Source: Cupriavidus necator
GTDB lineage: Bacteria; Pseudomonadota; Gammaproteobacteria; Burkholderiales; Burkholderiaceae
DNA length: 32,000 nt
Reading direction: 5' to 3'
NCBI RefSeq assembly: GCF_016127575.1
Contig: NZ_CP066020.1
Span: 270,001-302,000 of the forward strand
This document shows positions 31,555-32,000 of the stretch, one piece after another. Every line of letters starts with the position of its first letter. The stretch's first letter is position 1. The translations under genes and the position numbers were made by a program. Under the pieces are notes generated by a model. That model was not told the origin of the DNA, searched no databases, and was given only the letters and a program-made list of their open reading frames with translations.

Positions 31555-32000
31555 ATGAACGCTTCCCGTCCTGACAGGCCGAACCCGGGACGGCGGCGGC
31601 TGCTGTGCGCATGGCCGCTGCTTGCCACGGGCTTATGGATCCGGCCCGCACTGGCCGACCCGCGCGTAGCACAGTCGTCGCGCACGCTGATGGGTACCCG
31701 CGTCGACATCACCGTGCAAGCCCGCCATGCCGACACCGCGGCGCCGGCGATGGCGGCGGCCTGGGCCGAGATGGCGCGGCTCGCCGACCTGATGAGTCGC
31801 TACCGCGTCGGCAGCCAGGTCCACGCGCTGCAACTGGCGGCGGGCGTGCAGCCCGTGAAGGTCGCGCCGGAGATGCTGCGCGTACTCGGCATGGCAAACC
31901 GGATGTCCCGGCGCAGTGCCGGCGCGTTCGACATCACCGTCGGCGCCTTCGCCGGCTGGAACTTCGATCCGGCCCACCCGGCAATGCCGGACCAGGCCGA
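31555..32000 (+). CDS. nosX: NosX / ApbE-family FAD:protein FMN transferase, 5' partial (it runs off the window)
   Basis: My own translation from ATG 31555 gives MNASRPDRPNPGRRRLLCAWPLLATGLWIRPALADPRVAQSSRTLMGTRVDITVQARH...AFDITVGAF.... It has a Tat signal plus the TLMGT.V.IT and FDITVG motifs of ApbE/NosX. The frame is open to the window end, so it is absent from the ORF track. Confidence 0.85.
   Translation, partial: MNASRPDRPNPGRRRLLCAWPLLATGLWIRPALADPRVAQSSRTLMGTRVDITVQARHADTAAPAMAAAWAEMARLADLMSRYRVGSQVHALQLAAGVQPVKVAPEMLRVLGMANRMSRRSAGAFDITVGAFAGWNFDPAHPAMPDQA

Noticed and set aside
1-32000. A search by eye for tRNA, rRNA, tmRNA or CRISPR arrays, and for long tandem repeats.
   Set aside because: I saw no cloverleaf-like conserved tRNA motifs (GTTCRANYC in a suitable context), no rRNA-like conserved blocks and no regularly spaced direct repeats. 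This was not checked computationally.

Overview
High-GC, betaproteobacterial-type accessory DNA. It is essentially an anaerobic, denitrification and NO-stress island. The gene content and order match what I recall of the Cupriavidus necator (Ralstonia eutropha) H16 megaplasmid pHG1 anaerobic region. That match is from memory and has not been checked against a database.

Intact modules, left to right:
- An acyl-CoA dehydrogenase.
- An FNR-boxed usp, Zn-ADH and phosphoribosyltransferase-hydrolase set. The ADH carries one frameshift.
- A hemerythrin plus DUF2249 pair.
- An Rrf2/NsrR-like regulator behind an NsrR-type operator.
- A minus-strand class III ribonucleotide reductase operon: nrdD, a small glycyl-radical ORF, nrdG, a DUF59 gene and a polytopic membrane protein gene.
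- norB-norA, transcribed from a sigma-54 promoter with three GGT-N7-ACC NorR boxes, and divergent norR.
- nosZ-nosR-nosD-nosF-nosY-nosL on the minus strand.
- A divergent lipoprotein cytochrome c gene and nosX (partial at the right edge).

Decayed material lies between these modules:
- A structured RNA that looks like a 5' group II intron remnant, next to an IS5-family transposase fragment.
- Frameshifted tandem-Usp, beta-CASP MBL and MgtC/DUF4010 genes.
- A transposase remnant and a thiolase remnant.
- A heavily damaged nirK that once carried an extra N-terminal cupredoxin domain.

The most unusual observation is that the glycyl-radical motif of the class III RNR is not in the nrdD ORF. It sits in a separately initiated 66-codon ORF between nrdD and nrdG.

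No tRNA, rRNA or CRISPR array was seen. All motif calls were made by eye, and no searches were run.
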